Origin: an uncultured virus (IMG/VR IMGVR_UViG_3300046387_001331) | Lineage: Duplodnaviria > Heunggongvirae > Uroviricota > Caudoviricetes | Virus record (IMG/VR): IMGVR_UViG_3300046387_001331 | Reading direction: 5' to 3' (one strand) | DNA length: 64,000 nt | Shown here: positions 1-12,500 of the stretch, piece by piece | How the letters are laid out: each line of letters opens with the position of its first letter | Position numbering within the stretch: position 1 is the stretch's first letter | The notes under the pieces: generated by a model | Told to the model about the DNA's origin: nothing | Seen by the model: the letters and a program-made list of their open reading frames with translations, nothing else | Databases searched by the model: none | Made by a program: the position numbers and the translations under genes

Positions 1-3000
1 TCACCAAGTGCTTCACTTTCATACTCAGAGACGGTATCACAATCTGCGAGTATTTCATACTCACAAAGTGCTTCAATTTCGTATAGTGCATCATACTCAC
101 CAAGTATTTCAGTTTCTCAAAGTGCTTCACTTTCTTATAGTGTATCATACTCACCAAGTGCTTCACTTTCATACTCACAAACTGTATCACAATCTGCAAG
201 TATTTCATACTCACAAAGTGTTTCTGCTTCAAGTAGTTATTCGGTTTCTGCTAGTGAATCTTACTCAGCAAGTATATCAGTTTCTCAAAGTGCTTCACTT
301 TCTTATAGTGCTTCGTTGTCACCAAGTGCTTCACTTTCATACTCACAAACTGCATCACAATCTGCAAGTATTTCATACTCACACAGTGTTTCGGTTTCTC
401 AAAGTGCTTCACTTTCTTATAGTGCATCATACTCACAAAGTATTTCAGTTTCACAAAGTGCTTCACTTTCTTATAGTGCTTCGTTGTCACCGAGTGCTTC
501 ACTTTCGTACTCACAGAGTATTTCACAATCACAAAGTATTTCATACTCACAGAGTATTTCATACTCACAGAGTATTTCATACTCACAAAGTATTTCACAA
601 TCACAAAGTATTTCATACTCGCATAGTGCTTCGCAATCCGCAAGTAGAAGTTATGAAGCACACTGTATTTGGAAATACAGTGATGTTACGATGGATAAAA
701 TAACAGTAGATGGTAAGACCAAACCAAGATTTTTATTTAATGGAGAAACTGGTGAAGAAAATTATTCAACTCCATATGCAGTTGGATTAGGAACTACATA
801 TCTGAGTATTCCAGACAGATCACATAGAATAGCATTTAAACAAGATGGTAAATGGGTACTAGAGTTACCTGGAATTAAATTAGTCGGTGGAAACAAAGAA
901 ACCGTTGTGAGAGGTGGTAACCAGAAAGGTCATGCGGTATGGGGTGATGTAAGAATGATTGTTTCATCCAACTTTGGTACTATTTCCTATGCACCAGGTG
1001 CAGATGCAGGTGATGGTGGTGGTGCAGACAATTTAACATTTGATAACGATGCTTGTTTTGAGGCAGACCCAACACCCACACCAACTCTAAGTCCATCTGC
1101 AAGTATATCTGCATCAAACAGTTATTCAATTTCATACTCACAAAGTATTTCATATTCACAAAGTATTTCATACTCACAAACCGTATCGCAATCTGCAAGT
1201 ATTTCATATTCACAAAGTATTTCTGAATCACAAAGTATTTCACAATCTGCAAGTATTTCATACTCACAAACTATTTCTGCTTCAAACACTATTTCTGCTT
1301 CGCAAAGTATGTCATACTCAGATACAGGTTCTCCGAGTATATCAGATACGGGTAGTCCAACACTTTCTTATTCAGATACAGGATCACCAAGTATTTCATA
1401 CTCAGATAGTGCATCTAATTCTGCGAGTATTTCATACTCACAAAGTATTTCACAATCTGCGAGTATTTCATACTCTCAAACTATTTCTGCTTCTCAAAGT
1501 GCATCTGCTTCTTATTCTGCTTCAAAATCGGCAAGTATTTCATACTCACAAAGTATTTCACAATCTGCGAGTATTTCATACTCTCAAACTATTTCTGCTT
1601 CTCAAAGTGCATCTGTCTCTTATTCTAGTTCACAATCTGCAAGTATTTCGTATTCACAAACGGCATCAGGTAGTTTCTCAGCATCAGGTAGTTTCTCAGC
1701 ATCAGGTAGTTTCTCAGCATCAGGTAGTTTCTCAGCATCAGGTAGTTTCTCAGCATCTGGAAGTTTCTCAGCATCTGGAAGTATTTCAGTTTCTGGAAGT
1801 TTCTCAGCATCTGGAAGTTTCTCAGCATCTGGAAGTTTCTCAGCATCTGGAAGTATTTCAGTTTCACAAAGTGCTTCACAATCATATACAGATACAGGAT
1901 CACCGTCTAACTCGGTGAGTTTATCATACTCAGATACAGGTTCTCCAAGTAGATCAGATACGGGTAGTCCAACACTTTCTTATTCAGATACAGGATCACC
2001 AAGTTTTTCATTCTCACCAAGTGCTTCACTTTCTTATAGTGCTTCGTTCTCACCAAGTGCTTCAATTTCATATTCACAAACGACATCACAATCTGCGAGT
2101 ATTTCATACTCACAAAGTATTTCAGTTTCACAAAGTGCTTCATTATCTTATAGTACATCGTTCTCACAAAGTGCTTCACTTTCTTATAGTGCATCATACT
2201 CACAAAGTATTTCAGTTTCACAAAGTGCTTCACTTTCTTATAGTGCTTCGTTGTCACCGAGTGCTTCACTTTCTTATTCACACAGTATTTCTGTGTCAAA
2301 TAGTTACTCAGCTTCTGCTAGTGAATCTTACTCAGCAAGTATATCATACTCACCAAGTATTTCAGTTTCTCAAAGTGCTTCACTTTCTTATAGTGTATCA
2401 TACTCACCAAGTGCTTCACTTTCTTATAGTAGATCATTCTCACAAAGTGCTTCACTTTCATACTCACATAGTGTCTCGGTTTCCAATAGTTATTCAGTTT
2501 CTGCTAGTGAATCGTATTCATCCAGTGCTTCACTTTCTTATAGTGCTTCGTTCTCACCAAGTGCTTCACTTTCATATTCACAGACGGTATCACAATCTGC
2601 AAGTATTTCATACTCACAAACTATTTCTGCTTCAAACACTATTTCTGCTTCGCAAAGTATGTCATACTCAGATACAGGTTCTCCGAGTATATCAGATACG
2701 GGTAGTCCAACACTTTCTTATTCAGATACAGGATCACCAAGTATTTCATACTCAGATAGTGCATCTAATTCTGCAAGTATTTCATACTCACAAACGGTAT
2801 CACAATCTGCAAGTGCTTCATACTCACAAACTATTTCTGCTTCAAATAGTTACTCAGTTTCTGCTAGTGAATCGTATTCATCCAGTGCTTCACTTTCTTA
2901 TAGTGCTTCGTTCTCACCAAGTGCTTCACTTTCTTATAGTGCTTCGTTCTCACCAAGTGCTTCACTTTCTTATAGTGCTTCGTTCTCACCAAGTGCTTCA

Positions 3001-4470
3001 CTTTCTTACTCACAGAGTATTTCTGTGTCAAATAGTTACTCAGTTTCTGCTAGTGAATCTTACTCAGAAAGTATATCATACTCACACAGTATTTCTGCTT
3101 CAAATAGTTATTCAGTTTCTGCTAGTGAATCTTACTCACAAAGTGTATCATACTCACCAAGTATTTCAGTTTCACAAAGTGCTTCACTTTCTTACTCACA
3201 AAGTGCTTCTGCGTCAAATAGTTACTCAGTTTCTGCTAGTGAATCTTACTCAGCAAGTATATCATACTCACCAAGTATTTCAGTTTCTCAAAGTGCTTCA
3301 CTTTCATACAGTTCTTCGTTCTCACCAAGTGCTTCAATTTCATACTCACCAAGTGCTTCAATTTCGTATAGTGCATCATACTCACAAAGTATTTCAGTTT
3401 CACAAAGTGCTTCCGTTTCTTATAGTGCATCATACTCACAAAGTATTTCTGCTTCACGAAGTGCTTCATTATCTTATAGTGCTTCGTTCTCACCAAGTGC
3501 TTCACTTTCATACTCACAAACTGTATCACAATCTGCAAGTATTTCATACTCACAAAGTATTTCAGTTTCACAAAGTGCTTCACTTTCTTATAGTGCATCA
3601 TACTCACAAAGTATTTCAGTTTCTCAAAGTGCTTCACTTTCTTACAGTGCTTCGTTCTCACCAAGTGCTTCACTTTCATACTCACAAAGTGCTTCAGTTT
3701 CTGCTAGTGAATCATACTCACAAAGTATTTCGGTTTCTCAAAGTGCTTCACTTTCTTATAGTGCATCATACTCACAAAGTATTTCAGTTTCTCAAAGTGC
3801 TTCACTTTCTTACAGTGCTTCGTTCTCACCAAGTGCTTCACTTTCATACTCACAAACTGCATCACAATCTGCAAGTATTTCATACTCACACAGTGTTTCG
3901 GTTTCTCAAAGTGCTTCGATTTCGTATAGTGAATCATACTCACAGAGTGTTTCATATTCACAAAGTGCTTCAATTTCGTATAGTGCATCGTTCTCACCAA
4001 GTGCTTCACTTTCATACTCACAAACGACATCACAATCTGCAAGTATTTCATACTCACAAACTATTTCTGCTTCTCAGAGTAAATCATATACAGATACTGG
4101 AACTCCATCATTGTCAGGAACACCTTCACAATCTGATACTGATTCACCAACACCTTCTCAGTCGTATACTGCATCACATTCCGACACCGGTACAATTACA
4201 GGAACAGACTCAGGAACACCAACTGCATCAATTTCATATTCAGAATCAGCATCTAACTCATATTCACCCACCGCATCTGCTTCACAAAGTTATTCAAACA
4301 CAATATCACAATCAGCATCTTCATCACTTTCATATTCAGCAACAATTTCTGCTTCACCGAGTGCTTCTTATTCTCAAACTGCGAGTATTTCGTTTACAAG
4401 TAGTGCATCTCAATCTGCTACATCTTCACAAAGTGAATCGATTTCATATAGTGCATCGGCATCTGCATCC
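1..4470 (+). repeat. Low-complexity coding repeat region encoding (Ser-X)n
   Basis: Recurrent units such as caaagtgcttcactttcttatagt and caaagtatttcatactca; interrupted once by a globular domain at ~650-1075. Confidence 0.95.
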
Positions 4471-7400
4471 GGTGATACATCAATAATGTTCAGTGTAGAA
4501 AGTTCTCAAATCCAATTCTTTAATTTATATGTAAGATTAACAGATGATAATTTATTACAACGAAATGGATCTGATTTTGAAGTAAATTCGGGAGTTGGAT
4601 CACCATTTCCAGATCACACAAAATTAAGAATAACAACTGCGGACATGGCATTCATAAATGCTCATTCTGATAATATAAAGCACATTGAAATTCATACAAT
4701 ACCTGAAAAATCATGTGATCTTAAAACTTGTTTGACTTTGTCTGAAGAGCACGTTTACATTTATCCGTATATTCAAGAAAAATTTGAAAGTGGGTTGATA
4801 GACGGACTTTGTATTGCATCTCCGATGTCTGGACTATACAACGAATTTGGTTTAGATGCGGACAACTTTAATGAATTTATTGACGATGGTGCATTTAATA
4901 TCAATAACTTAGTCAAGAAAACTGATGATGATGTATTTGCATTAGATGACTTGGTAACAAACGATAAAGTTGCAAAGAAATTAACAGTATTATTTGAATC
5001 AGTTAAACAAGAACTTTATGGTAAAGCAAGCAATAATTCAGGATTAAGTGTAAATACTCCTTATTCAAAAACAAAAGCATCATTAGAAAGAATTAAATCA
5101 CGTGCAAGTCGTGCGTTTGATGATTCTTCTATTTCTAATATTTTTGCTGGTCAAGGTGGTGCTTTCTTTAAAGATTCGGTAAAAGATGTATTTAGTAGAA
5201 TAAATAGCAGTACAATCAGTGCGGGTTCATTCATGGATGCTTTTCGTGTTAAATTTAAGAAAAGAAAAACCAAAGAACTTCGTCAAAAACTTACATCTAC
5301 TTCACGTAAAGTCTTACTTGATTTTGCGGAAGATTTTGCAACATTTAATAGTGGTCCTTGCTTTAGTTGTGAGTTACCACCTACACCTTCACCATCTTAT
5401 AGTAAATCAATATCAATAAGTAAAACTCCTGCACCTTCACCGAGTATCACAGAAACTTACACAAAAACTGATTTCTGTGTATTTGATCATACGGAATCAG
5501 ATGTAAACGGAATTTATTACCACTTTAAATGGGGAACACGATACAACGGAAAGCATCGTTATCAAAATGGTAATTACTATATGTTCTGGAGTAATGCTAA
5601 TAAATGGGTAATAAGTAATTTACCATTTACACCAAAAGACGCATCTGCTTCAATTATTTTAGCAACATCAAATGTGGGTGAGATTTCTGATCATCCTTGG
5701 GATGTAGATTGGGAAGCAAATTCTGATTCGTCTGGATGCACCGTAACACTTGATTGTAGAACTCCGTCCAAGTCAATTTCATATTCAAAATCTGCTTCTT
5801 ATAGTAAGTCAGAGAGTATTTTTGTACCTGGTGGTCCTGGTGGTGATAAGCCTCCTGTACCTTCATTTTCTGCAAGTTATTCAGCATCTTATTCTGAGTC
5901 TGATAGTCCAACTCCAACTCCAACACCTAACGAACCTGAAGGAATTTATTTAACATTCAATCCAGCAACAGAAGATGTTTCTCTTCCAATAATGGAAATC
6001 GGAGAACTCGGAGTTACTGTAGATTGGGGAGACGGATCACCAGTTTCTTATACAACAGCTGATCAAGGAGTTATTACAAACACAAGAATCAATTCAGGTG
6101 CCGAGATTACTGTAATAATTCGTGGGGATGTTATTTCATATGGTGATTATGATTCACAAAAACCAAGTGCATATAAAACCGCAAGTAACGAAAATATCAA
6201 GTCTGTGAAAGTAATTGGTATGAACACAATTACAGATGCTTCTTATATGTTCTGGAATATGGAAGAAGCAACCTCTTTTGATTTACAATTCTTTGATACT
6301 ATTAACATCAAAACAATGGCACATATGTTTAATAGTTGTAGAGCACTCACAGAACTTAACTTTAATTATGCTCGTAACAATACACACTATGTTACAACTA
6401 TGACAAGTATGTTTGCAAATTGTGTAAGTTTAGAAACTTTATATGTAAGTAACTTCCGCACCGAAAATGTAAGAAACATGACAAAAATGTTCTCTTACAA
6501 TAGATCACTTGATTCTGTAAATATAACTCCTTGGTGTGTAAGGTACATTGATTCCGAACCATACGAATTTGCATTACAAGCACCATTCTCTGAAAGACCA
6601 CAATGGGGTGCTGAATGTATGGGTAAACCAACACCAACACCAACTAAAACACGAACCACATCATTTACTATTACTCCATCCAAATCAATGAGTTTCAGTA
6701 AATCTGCGTCTGCTTCATCAACACTGCTCGAAAAACTTATAAGATTAGCAGGACGAGGAATGCACAATGGTCTTGTAATTATCGGATACAATAAAAATAT
6801 TCTTGAAAACGATGGAACAACACCTGTAACACCTTCAAACGATAATGATACTAAAGAAGAAATGTATTGCGTATTTCAATGTACAGGAGAAGATCAAGAG
6901 TGGATAGTTCCACCAAATGAAGCAGGAACTTCATTGAATCCAAACGGAGTTACACCACTCAAAGAAAACATTAAGATTTGGGCATGGGGTGCTGGAGGTT
7001 CTGCCACTGGATATAATACTACTGAAGGTGGTGCGGGTGGATTTACTTATGCAGAAGTACCTGTATATCCTGGTGAAAAGTTGATAGTTGGAGTTGGTCA
7101 GTCATATAAACCTGGAAACAGAAGACTTGCCGGGTATAGTCCGGGAGGAACTGCCGGAAACGGAGCAGCTTCATGGGGTAATCCCGCAGGTTCCGGTGGA
7201 GGAATGAGTGGAGTTTGGAAACGATCAATTTCAGTTGCTAATTCATTGGTAATAGCCGGTGGTGGTGGAGGTTCATCTGGAGGATTTACTGCACACGGCT
7301 CCGGAGGCGGAGGTGGTGGAGGTCTTTATGGTGGAGACGGAAACCGTTTTGGTGGTGATGGTCGTGGTGGTGACGGAGGTCGTCAATCTAGAAGTGGATC

Positions 7401-9582
7401 AAGAATGCAGTTCCGTGGTTCACAGGGTGGTACAAATCGTCATAGTGCCGGTGGTGGTGGAGGTGCCGGATATTGGGGTGGTGGACCTGGTCACGGTTGG
7501 ACTGCGGAAGATACATCAGGTGGTGGTGGTTCTGGATTTGTTGTTAGTGACGCAATTGAGTGGAAAATGGTTCAAGGTGGTCGTGGTAATAAAAATCGTG
7601 GAGAAATAGGACCATACAAAAAACCATCAATGATTCCATACAGAAGAGATTTTTGGAGAACTAATTTACCAACATGGAAAAGTTCAAGTGGTGTTAACGA
7701 TGATCTTGATTTTACATATCTTGAGCATCATGTAAATGTACCAGATGAATTGTGTGTACCTTATGACGAATTTAGAGATTTACCATCAACATGGCCAATT
7801 GGTATTCCTGTGTTGACACTTGATAAAAATCCAACAAATAATCAAAAACCAACATGGTCATGGGATGCAATACCATCTGCAAATGATTATGAACTTATAC
7901 TAGATGGTGTAATTGTAGAACACACACATAGTAGTACATCATATCAACCATCAAGTGATCTTTCCGAAGGAAAACATACACTTCAAGTTCGTGCAAGAAT
8001 TGGAACAAATTATAGTGTACCTGGATATAAAACTGTTACCGTTGATTTGACTGCACCAAAAGCACCAAATCCAAAAACTAAAACTCCTGTAATGGGGTAT
8101 GCAGATGTAACATGGACATGGCCATCATATTTTGACCACAATGGAGATTATAAGGTTTATGTAGATACAGAGGGAACTACTTCATCACAACCAGGAACTG
8201 GAAATGGTGCTCCGTCTGATGGTGATTATATAGATTTACCAAGTGGTCAACGAAACTTTACTGTAAATGGATTAGATACGGGAGTATACAAAATTTATGT
8301 AAAAGCATCAGATGCGGCCGGAAATTATAGTTCTGCCGGAACGCATAGTGTAAATGTAATTCCAACACCAACTCCATCTTATAGTAAAAGTATATCTTAT
8401 AGTAAATCTAAGTCGTACTCACAAAGTAAATCACAAAGTTACACTCCATCTTGGATGTGTAGAGCATATAGATATACTGCAACTGGTGCAAACCAAAAAT
8501 TTATTGTACCTGATGATATTGAGGTTTTATACTTCCAACTTTGGGGTGCAGGTGGTGAAGATGGTGGAACAAAACATTCTGCTGGATCCGGTGGATACAC
8601 AATCTGTGCGATGAATGTAACTCCTGGAGATGAAATTATAGTAGGAGTAGGTGAAACCGGTAAAAACGGAACACCTGGATATAGTATAGGAACATCCAGT
8701 GGTGGTATTGGATCAGGAAGTGCCGGTGCAGGTGGTGGTTTAAGTGCTGTTTACTATAAAAGTATTTCTGAAGATAATTTAATCGCAATCGCCGGTGGTG
8801 GTGGAGGTGGTGCGGGAAGCAATAACTATCGTGCCGGTGGTGGTGCTGGTGGTGGTAAATCAGGTCGCCACGGTGAACGTTATAGAAATGATAATAAAAT
8901 TGCTCCTGGTACACAATCAAGTGGAAATGCAAAATATGTAGGTCAAGATGGTGCGGACGATTCCAACGGAAACGGAGGAGGTGGAGGTGCTGGATACTTT
9001 GGTGGTTTCGGTGGAACAACTCATAGTGGAGCAGACGCAAGTGGTGCTGGAGGTTCAGGATATGTTAATCGTGATCTTACAATTGATAGAGTAAATGGAA
9101 TTAATTCAGAAACATACTTTGGAGCAGACGGGGCAAGTGGATACAAATTAGCAAAACATCCTTACATGGGTATCAGCAAAGAACTTGGTAAAAAACGTAG
9201 TGCTTCGGAAAAATTAGGAAATGGAAACCAAGACGGATTTGTAATGATATATGCATTCTGTCCTGGATACGATGTACATACACCTACACCAACTCCGTCA
9301 AAAAGTATATCTTATTCAAAAAGTATATCTTATAGTAAATCTATTAGTATATCAAAAACTCCAACTCCAAGTCAATCTAGGACAATATCTTATTCAAAAT
9401 CATGGAGTGAATCGAAAAGTCATTCATATTCACCTTCACCATTTAATTGTCCAGAACCGAATGTAATTTGTGACAATGTAATATTCCATATGCAAAGTAA
9501 TGACGATGATGAAGTAAATACTAGCAGATTTAAAGACTTTGGAATCAAGAAGCACATAATTATTGAAAGAACAGATACCTAA
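1..9582 (+). CDS. Giant Ser-rich repeat virion fibre/adhesin-like protein (5'-partial): alternating-Ser stalk, DUF285/BspA-like repeats, two Gly-rich domains, two Ig-like domains, N-terminal part of a LamG-like domain
   Basis: Frame +1 is open from base 1 (tca cca agt gct...), so the called start at 316 is internal. (S-x)n repeats to ~4470; MF...DTxNxxxMxxMF repeats ~6230-6620; WGAGG Gly-rich domains at ~6870-7560 and ~8460-9260; PTWSW...HTLQVRA and [11 protein letters not shown]g-like motifs ~7800-8360. Confidence 0.8.
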   Translation, partial: SPSASLSYSETVSQSASISYSQSASISYSASYSPSISVSQSASLSYSVSYSPSASLSYSQTVSQSASISYSQSVSASSSYSVSASESYSASISVSQSASLSYSASLSPSASLSYSQTASQSASISYSHSVSVSQSASLSYSASYSQSISVSQSASLSYSASLSPSASLSYSQSISQSQSISYSQSISYSQSISYSQSISQSQSISYSHSASQSASRSYEAHCIWKYSDVTMDKITVDGKTKPRFLFNGETGEENYSTPYAVGLGTTYLSIPDRSHRIAFKQDGKWVLELPGIKLVGGNKETVVRGGNQKGHAVWGDVRMIVSSNFGTISYAPGADAGDGGGADNLTFDNDACFEADPTPTPTLSPSASISASNSYSISYSQSISYSQSISYSQTVSQSASISYSQSISESQSISQSASISYSQTISASNTISASQSMSYSDTGSPSISDTGSPTLSYSDTGSPSISYSDSASNSASISYSQSISQSASISYSQTISASQSASASYSASKSASISYSQSISQSASISYSQTISASQSASVSYSSSQSASISYSQTASGSFSASGSFSASGSFSASGSFSASGSFSASGSFSASGSISVSGSFSASGSFSASGSFSASGSISVSQSASQSYTDTGSPSNSVSLSYSDTGSPSRSDTGSPTLSYSDTGSPSFSFSPSASLSYSASFSPSASISYSQTTSQSASISYSQSISVSQSASLSYSTSFSQSASLSYSASYSQSISVSQSASLSYSASLSPSASLSYSHSISVSNSYSASASESYSASISYSPSISVSQSASLSYSVSYSPSASLSYSRSFSQSASLSYSHSVSVSNSYSVSASESYSSSASLSYSASFSPSASLSYSQTVSQSASISYSQTISASNTISASQSMSYSDTGSPSISDTGSPTLSYSDTGSPSISYSDSASNSASISYSQTVSQSASASYSQTISASNSYSVSASESYSSSASLSYSASFSPSASLSYSASFSPSASLSYSASFSPSASLSYSQSISVSNSYSVSASESYSESISYSHSISASNSYSVSASESYSQSVSYSPSISVSQSASLSYSQSASASNSYSVSASESYSASISYSPSISVSQSASLSYSSSFSPSASISYSPSASISYSASYSQSISVSQSASVSYSASYSQSISASRSASLSYSASFSPSASLSYSQTVSQSASISYSQSISVSQSASLSYSASYSQSISVSQSASLSYSASFSPSASLSYSQSASVSASESYSQSISVSQSASLSYSASYSQSISVSQSASLSYSASFSPSASLSYSQTASQSASISYSHSVSVSQSASISYSESYSQSVSYSQSASISYSASFSPSASLSYSQTTSQSASISYSQTISASQSKSYTDTGTPSLSGTPSQSDTDSPTPSQSYTASHSDTGTITGTDSGTPTASISYSESASNSYSPTASASQSYSNTISQSASSSLSYSATISASPSASYSQTASISFTSSASQSATSSQSESISYSASASASGDTSIMFSVESSQIQFFNLYVRLTDDNLLQRNGSDFEVNSGVGSPFPDHTKLRITTADMAFINAHSDNIKHIEIHTIPEKSCDLKTCLTLSEEHVYIYPYIQEKFESGLIDGLCIASPMSGLYNEFGLDADNFNEFIDDGAFNINNLVKKTDDDVFALDDLVTNDKVAKKLTVLFESVKQELYGKASNNSGLSVNTPYSKTKASLERIKSRASRAFDDSSISNIFAGQGGAFFKDSVKDVFSRINSSTISAGSFMDAFRVKFKKRKTKELRQKLTSTSRKVLLDFAEDFATFNSGPCFSCELPPTPSPSYSKSISISKTPAPSPSITETYTKTDFCVFDHTESDVNGIYYHFKWGTRYNGKHRYQNGNYYMFWSNANKWVISNLPFTPKDASASIILATSNVGEISDHPWDVDWEANSDSSGCTVTLDCRTPSKSISYSKSASYSKSESIFVPGGPGGDKPPVPSFSASYSASYSESDSPTPTPTPNEPEGIYLTFNPATEDVSLPIMEIGELGVTVDWGDGSPVSYTTADQGVITNTRINSGAEITVIIRGDVISYGDYDSQKPSAYKTASNENIKSVKVIGMNTITDASYMFWNMEEATSFDLQFFDTINIKTMAHMFNSCRALTELNFNYARNNTHYVTTMTSMFANCVSLETLYVSNFRTENVRNMTKMFSYNRSLDSVNITPWCVRYIDSEPYEFALQAPFSERPQWGAECMGKPTPTPTKTRTTSFTITPSKSMSFSKSASASSTLLEKLIRLAGRGMHNGLVIIGYNKNILENDGTTPVTPSNDNDTKEEMYCVFQCTGEDQEWIVPPNEAGTSLNPNGVTPLKENIKIWAWGAGGSATGYNTTEGGAGGFTYAEVPVYPGEKLIVGVGQSYKPGNRRLAGYSPGGTAGNGAASWGNPAGSGGGMSGVWKRSISVANSLVIAGGGGGSSGGFTAHGSGGGGGGGLYGGDGNRFGGDGRGGDGGRQSRSGSRMQFRGSQGGTNRHSAGGGGGAGYWGGGPGHGWTAEDTSGGGGSGFVVSDAIEWKMVQGGRGNKNRGEIGPYKKPSMIPYRRDFWRTNLPTWKSSSGVNDDLDFTYLEHHVNVPDELCVPYDEFRDLPSTWPIGIPVLTLDKNPTNNQKPTWSWDAIPSANDYELILDGVIVEHTHSSTSYQPSSDLSEGKHTLQVRARIGTNYSVPGYKTVTVDLTAPKAPNPKTKTPVMGYADVTWTWPSYFDHNGDYKVYVDTEGTTSSQPGTGNGAPSDGDYIDLPSGQRNFTVNGLDTGVYKIYVKASDAAGNYSSAGTHSVNVIPTPTPSYSKSISYSKSKSYSQSKSQSYTPSWMCRAYRYTATGANQKFIVPDDIEVLYFQLWGAGGEDGGTKHSAGSGGYTICAMNVTPGDEIIVGVGETGKNGTPGYSIGTSSGGIGSGSAGAGGGLSAVYYKSISEDNLIAIAGGGGGGAGSNNYRAGGGAGGGKSGRHGERYRNDNKIAPGTQSSGNAKYVGQDGADDSNGNGGGGGAGYFGGFGGTTHSGADASGAGGSGYVNRDLTIDRVNGINSETYFGADGASGYKLAKHPYMGISKELGKKRSASEKLGNGNQDGFVMIYAFCPGYDVHTPTPTPSKSISYSKSISYSKSISISKTPTPSQSRTISYSKSWSESKSHSYSPSPFNCPEPNVICDNVIFHMQSNDDDEVNTSRFKDFGIKKHIIIERTDT
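1663..1860 (+). repeat. 18-bp tandem repeat (ASGSFS)n
   Basis: gcatcaggtagtttctca then gcatctggaagtttctca units in tandem. Confidence 0.9.
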
Positions 9583-9595
9583 TAAGGAAATTTAA

Positions 9596-12500
9596 ATGGC
9601 AAAGCATTCAACAAATAAAACATTATTTAGTAAAAAAACCATTGAGTTTGAAAACGGAAATGATTATGTAACAATAAGTGAGTCCGAAGATAATGTTATT
9701 TCTGGATTAAATCTAGGAAAAGAGTATACCGTTGAATCATGGATAAGTACCACAGAAATTCCCGAAGATCCAACTTTTACATATGCATCCGATGTTGCAA
9801 ATGCTTTAAAGGAAAATTCAACTTTAACTTTATCAGGAACCGTTAATGTTAATGATTTGTATGAATCGGATTTATTGTATGCAGTTAAATTTGACGGAAC
9901 TGAAATAACATTAAAAAACAAAACATCTGATAAATTTCCTGTAGATGCGAGAATTCTTATCATTGAAATGCAAGCATTATCATCAGGTACAAAATCTACT
10001 GTTGGTAACTATGAGTTTGCTGAAGTTGATTCTTATATTAGTGACGATGAAATCAAACTAAAAAATGCGTTAACCAAAACATTTGATTTTACAAATAGAT
10101 TATATGTTGTTTATCAAAAAAGATACGAAAAAATTGTAATAGATCGGGATGCACGAATTATTTGTAATTCATGGGCAACAAATTTCAACGAAATAAATGG
10201 TCTTATATTGTTATGTGCAGACGAAATTATAGTTCAAGGAAAAATTGATGGTAACTATCGTGGATTTCGTGGAGGAAATTCAGGACCACACGGAAATTAT
10301 CACGGAGGTCGTGGTGAGGGTGTCGTTCATGGATTATACAACAACCGAGCTATGGGAACAAACTACACCGGTGGTGGAGGTGGTGGATATAAACGGTCTG
10401 GTGGTGGTGATGTTGGAACTGGAGGTGGATCGGGAGGAAATGCTTCTAAAGGATATAATTCAAATAGTTTTGAAGGATATTATGGTCGTGGTGGACAACG
10501 CAATAATTATCCCGATGGTAAACTCTTTTTAGGAGGTGGTGGAGGTCAAGGTGCTGGAGACGGAGCATGGCCTGCTGAAACTTGTTCAAGTCGTGGTGGA
10601 AACGGAGGACGAGGTGGAGGAATAATCATTCTTGATGCAGAAAACACTCATATTGCAAAATTTGGATCAATAGTTGCAAAAGGACAAATGGGATTCGGCC
10701 GTGACAGAAGGTGTTCAGGTGAACCCGGAGACGGAGGTGCTGGAGCAGGTGGATCAATTTTATTTTTAGGTAATGCGATAAATCAAAATACCGGAACACC
10801 AATCAATGATTCTAATGTATGTGCCAAAGGTGGAGTACATAGGGGTGCAGGGCATTATTATGGACCAGCAGGTGGTTTGGGAATAATCCAAACAGGAGGA
10901 TATCATTTAGGTTGGATGCAAGGATGGATGGGGCATAAATTTCATAATTGCTCAGTAATTGCATCTTTTGCTAGACCATTTGGAAAAACTGGTGATGTTG
11001 ATGACTACAACACAGAAAAAAATCGTCATGCATTTTTATTAACTGCAATTCCGTTTGAAGATGGATATAAATTAGCCGCAGGACAAAGTCATAGAATGAT
11101 GCCTGTTAGTGAAAAATTAGATTTTGATAGATTTTATCATTTTGTAATTTCAAGAAATTCTGGATCATTAGAAGCAATTTACATAGATGGAAAACGAAAA
11201 GGAGTTAGAACATGGCCAAGTAATCATGTTTATGAAAATAGCAACATTATGCTTGGAGCAAATTCGGATAATGATTTTGAAAATCCTGCTCCGTTTACAG
11301 GATTCATTCAAGATTTCCGAGTAGCACAAAACAATATGTATGATTGTACAAGTTATACATTAGGAGATTCCTCAAATGTTCCAACTGAAAGTTGTACAGA
11401 TCCAACTCCGTCACCAAGTAAATCACCAAGTTATAGTAAATCTGCATCTGCTTCTTTTGAATTTCCAGATGGATGTCCAACGAGAGTTGTTCCTTATTGG
11501 GGTGGAACATCGGGAGGAGGAACTCGTACTGGACCAAGTAATTTAGGAAATGCGTTTGATGGTAAAGATGCAACTAGAACAGGATGGGTTGGTATAAGTC
11601 ATTCGGGAAGTTGGAAACAAGATAGATTTTATTTCAGTGATTCAAATAAGCAAACTCCTGGTACTTTAAGATTTTATATGCAAGGAGGGGTGAATAGTGG
11701 TTACGGAAATCGTGCGGATATGTACGTTCGTTATCATGAGTATGGAGGTGATTGGGTTTATCTTCGTAATGTAACAAATGCTTATATGCCACGTGATCAG
11801 CATTTTAAATATGAAGTAAGAGTAGATAGTGTTGCGAGAGTTGATGTTTATTGGAAAGATAGAGGAAAAGGTTCAATTAATTATTTTTATTGGTATGTTG
11901 ATTTCGAGCAAGATTGCTATCCAATTTGTGATAATAGTATATTTCATATTCAAGCAAAAGGAAATGAACCATTAAAAGACCGAAGCACTAATGAAGTTCC
12001 TATTGAAGATGGTTTTGAAGGATATTTACCTTCATTACCAAAGGTCCCGGATGGCATTGACAATCCAAATATTTTAATGGATGCTAGATTTTCAAATGTC
12101 ACAAATTTAATAAACAACGCAACTTTAGAAGGATCATATTCAATTCAAGGAAGCACTCCGTGTCAACAATCTGTGAGATTTGCAAATTCGGGAGGATATG
12201 CATATTTTGATAATTGGGATTCTAAACCACAAACACTTTCATTTGAAATAGATTTTAAAATAAATTCTCATTCTAATACTGCAACTGGTGGAGCAGACGC
12301 AGGAAGTCAATATATTTTGCATATGCAAAATGAAGAAGAAGAAAGTCATACAAATGGTCTTAGTTTAAGTTACGGAGAATCAAATAAAAGTTTATCAATG
12401 GCAGTTACAAGTGAACCACCAAGTCAACCTACCGCAGTAACAGATGCAGATGCTTTGGTTTTGGGTGAACGAGTTCATGTAGTTGTAACAATTTCATCTG

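Noticed and set aside
1..4470. Repeat region as a CRISPR array or DGR
   Set aside because: Units are in-frame coding repeats with no unique spacers; no cas or reverse transcriptase gene seen.
8..4486. Long alternative-frame ORFs (8-703, 1409-1918, 2021-4486 and minus-strand ORFs) rich in His/Leu/Val
   Set aside because: Shadows of the (Ser-X)n repeat, whose codons rarely create stops in other frames; no RBS or independent support.
9575..9600. Stop-codon recoding or programmed frameshift fusing the giant genes
   Set aside because: Double TAA, a different frame and a good RBS for gene 2; genes elsewhere end normally at TAA, TGA and TAG, so there is no sign of an alternative code.
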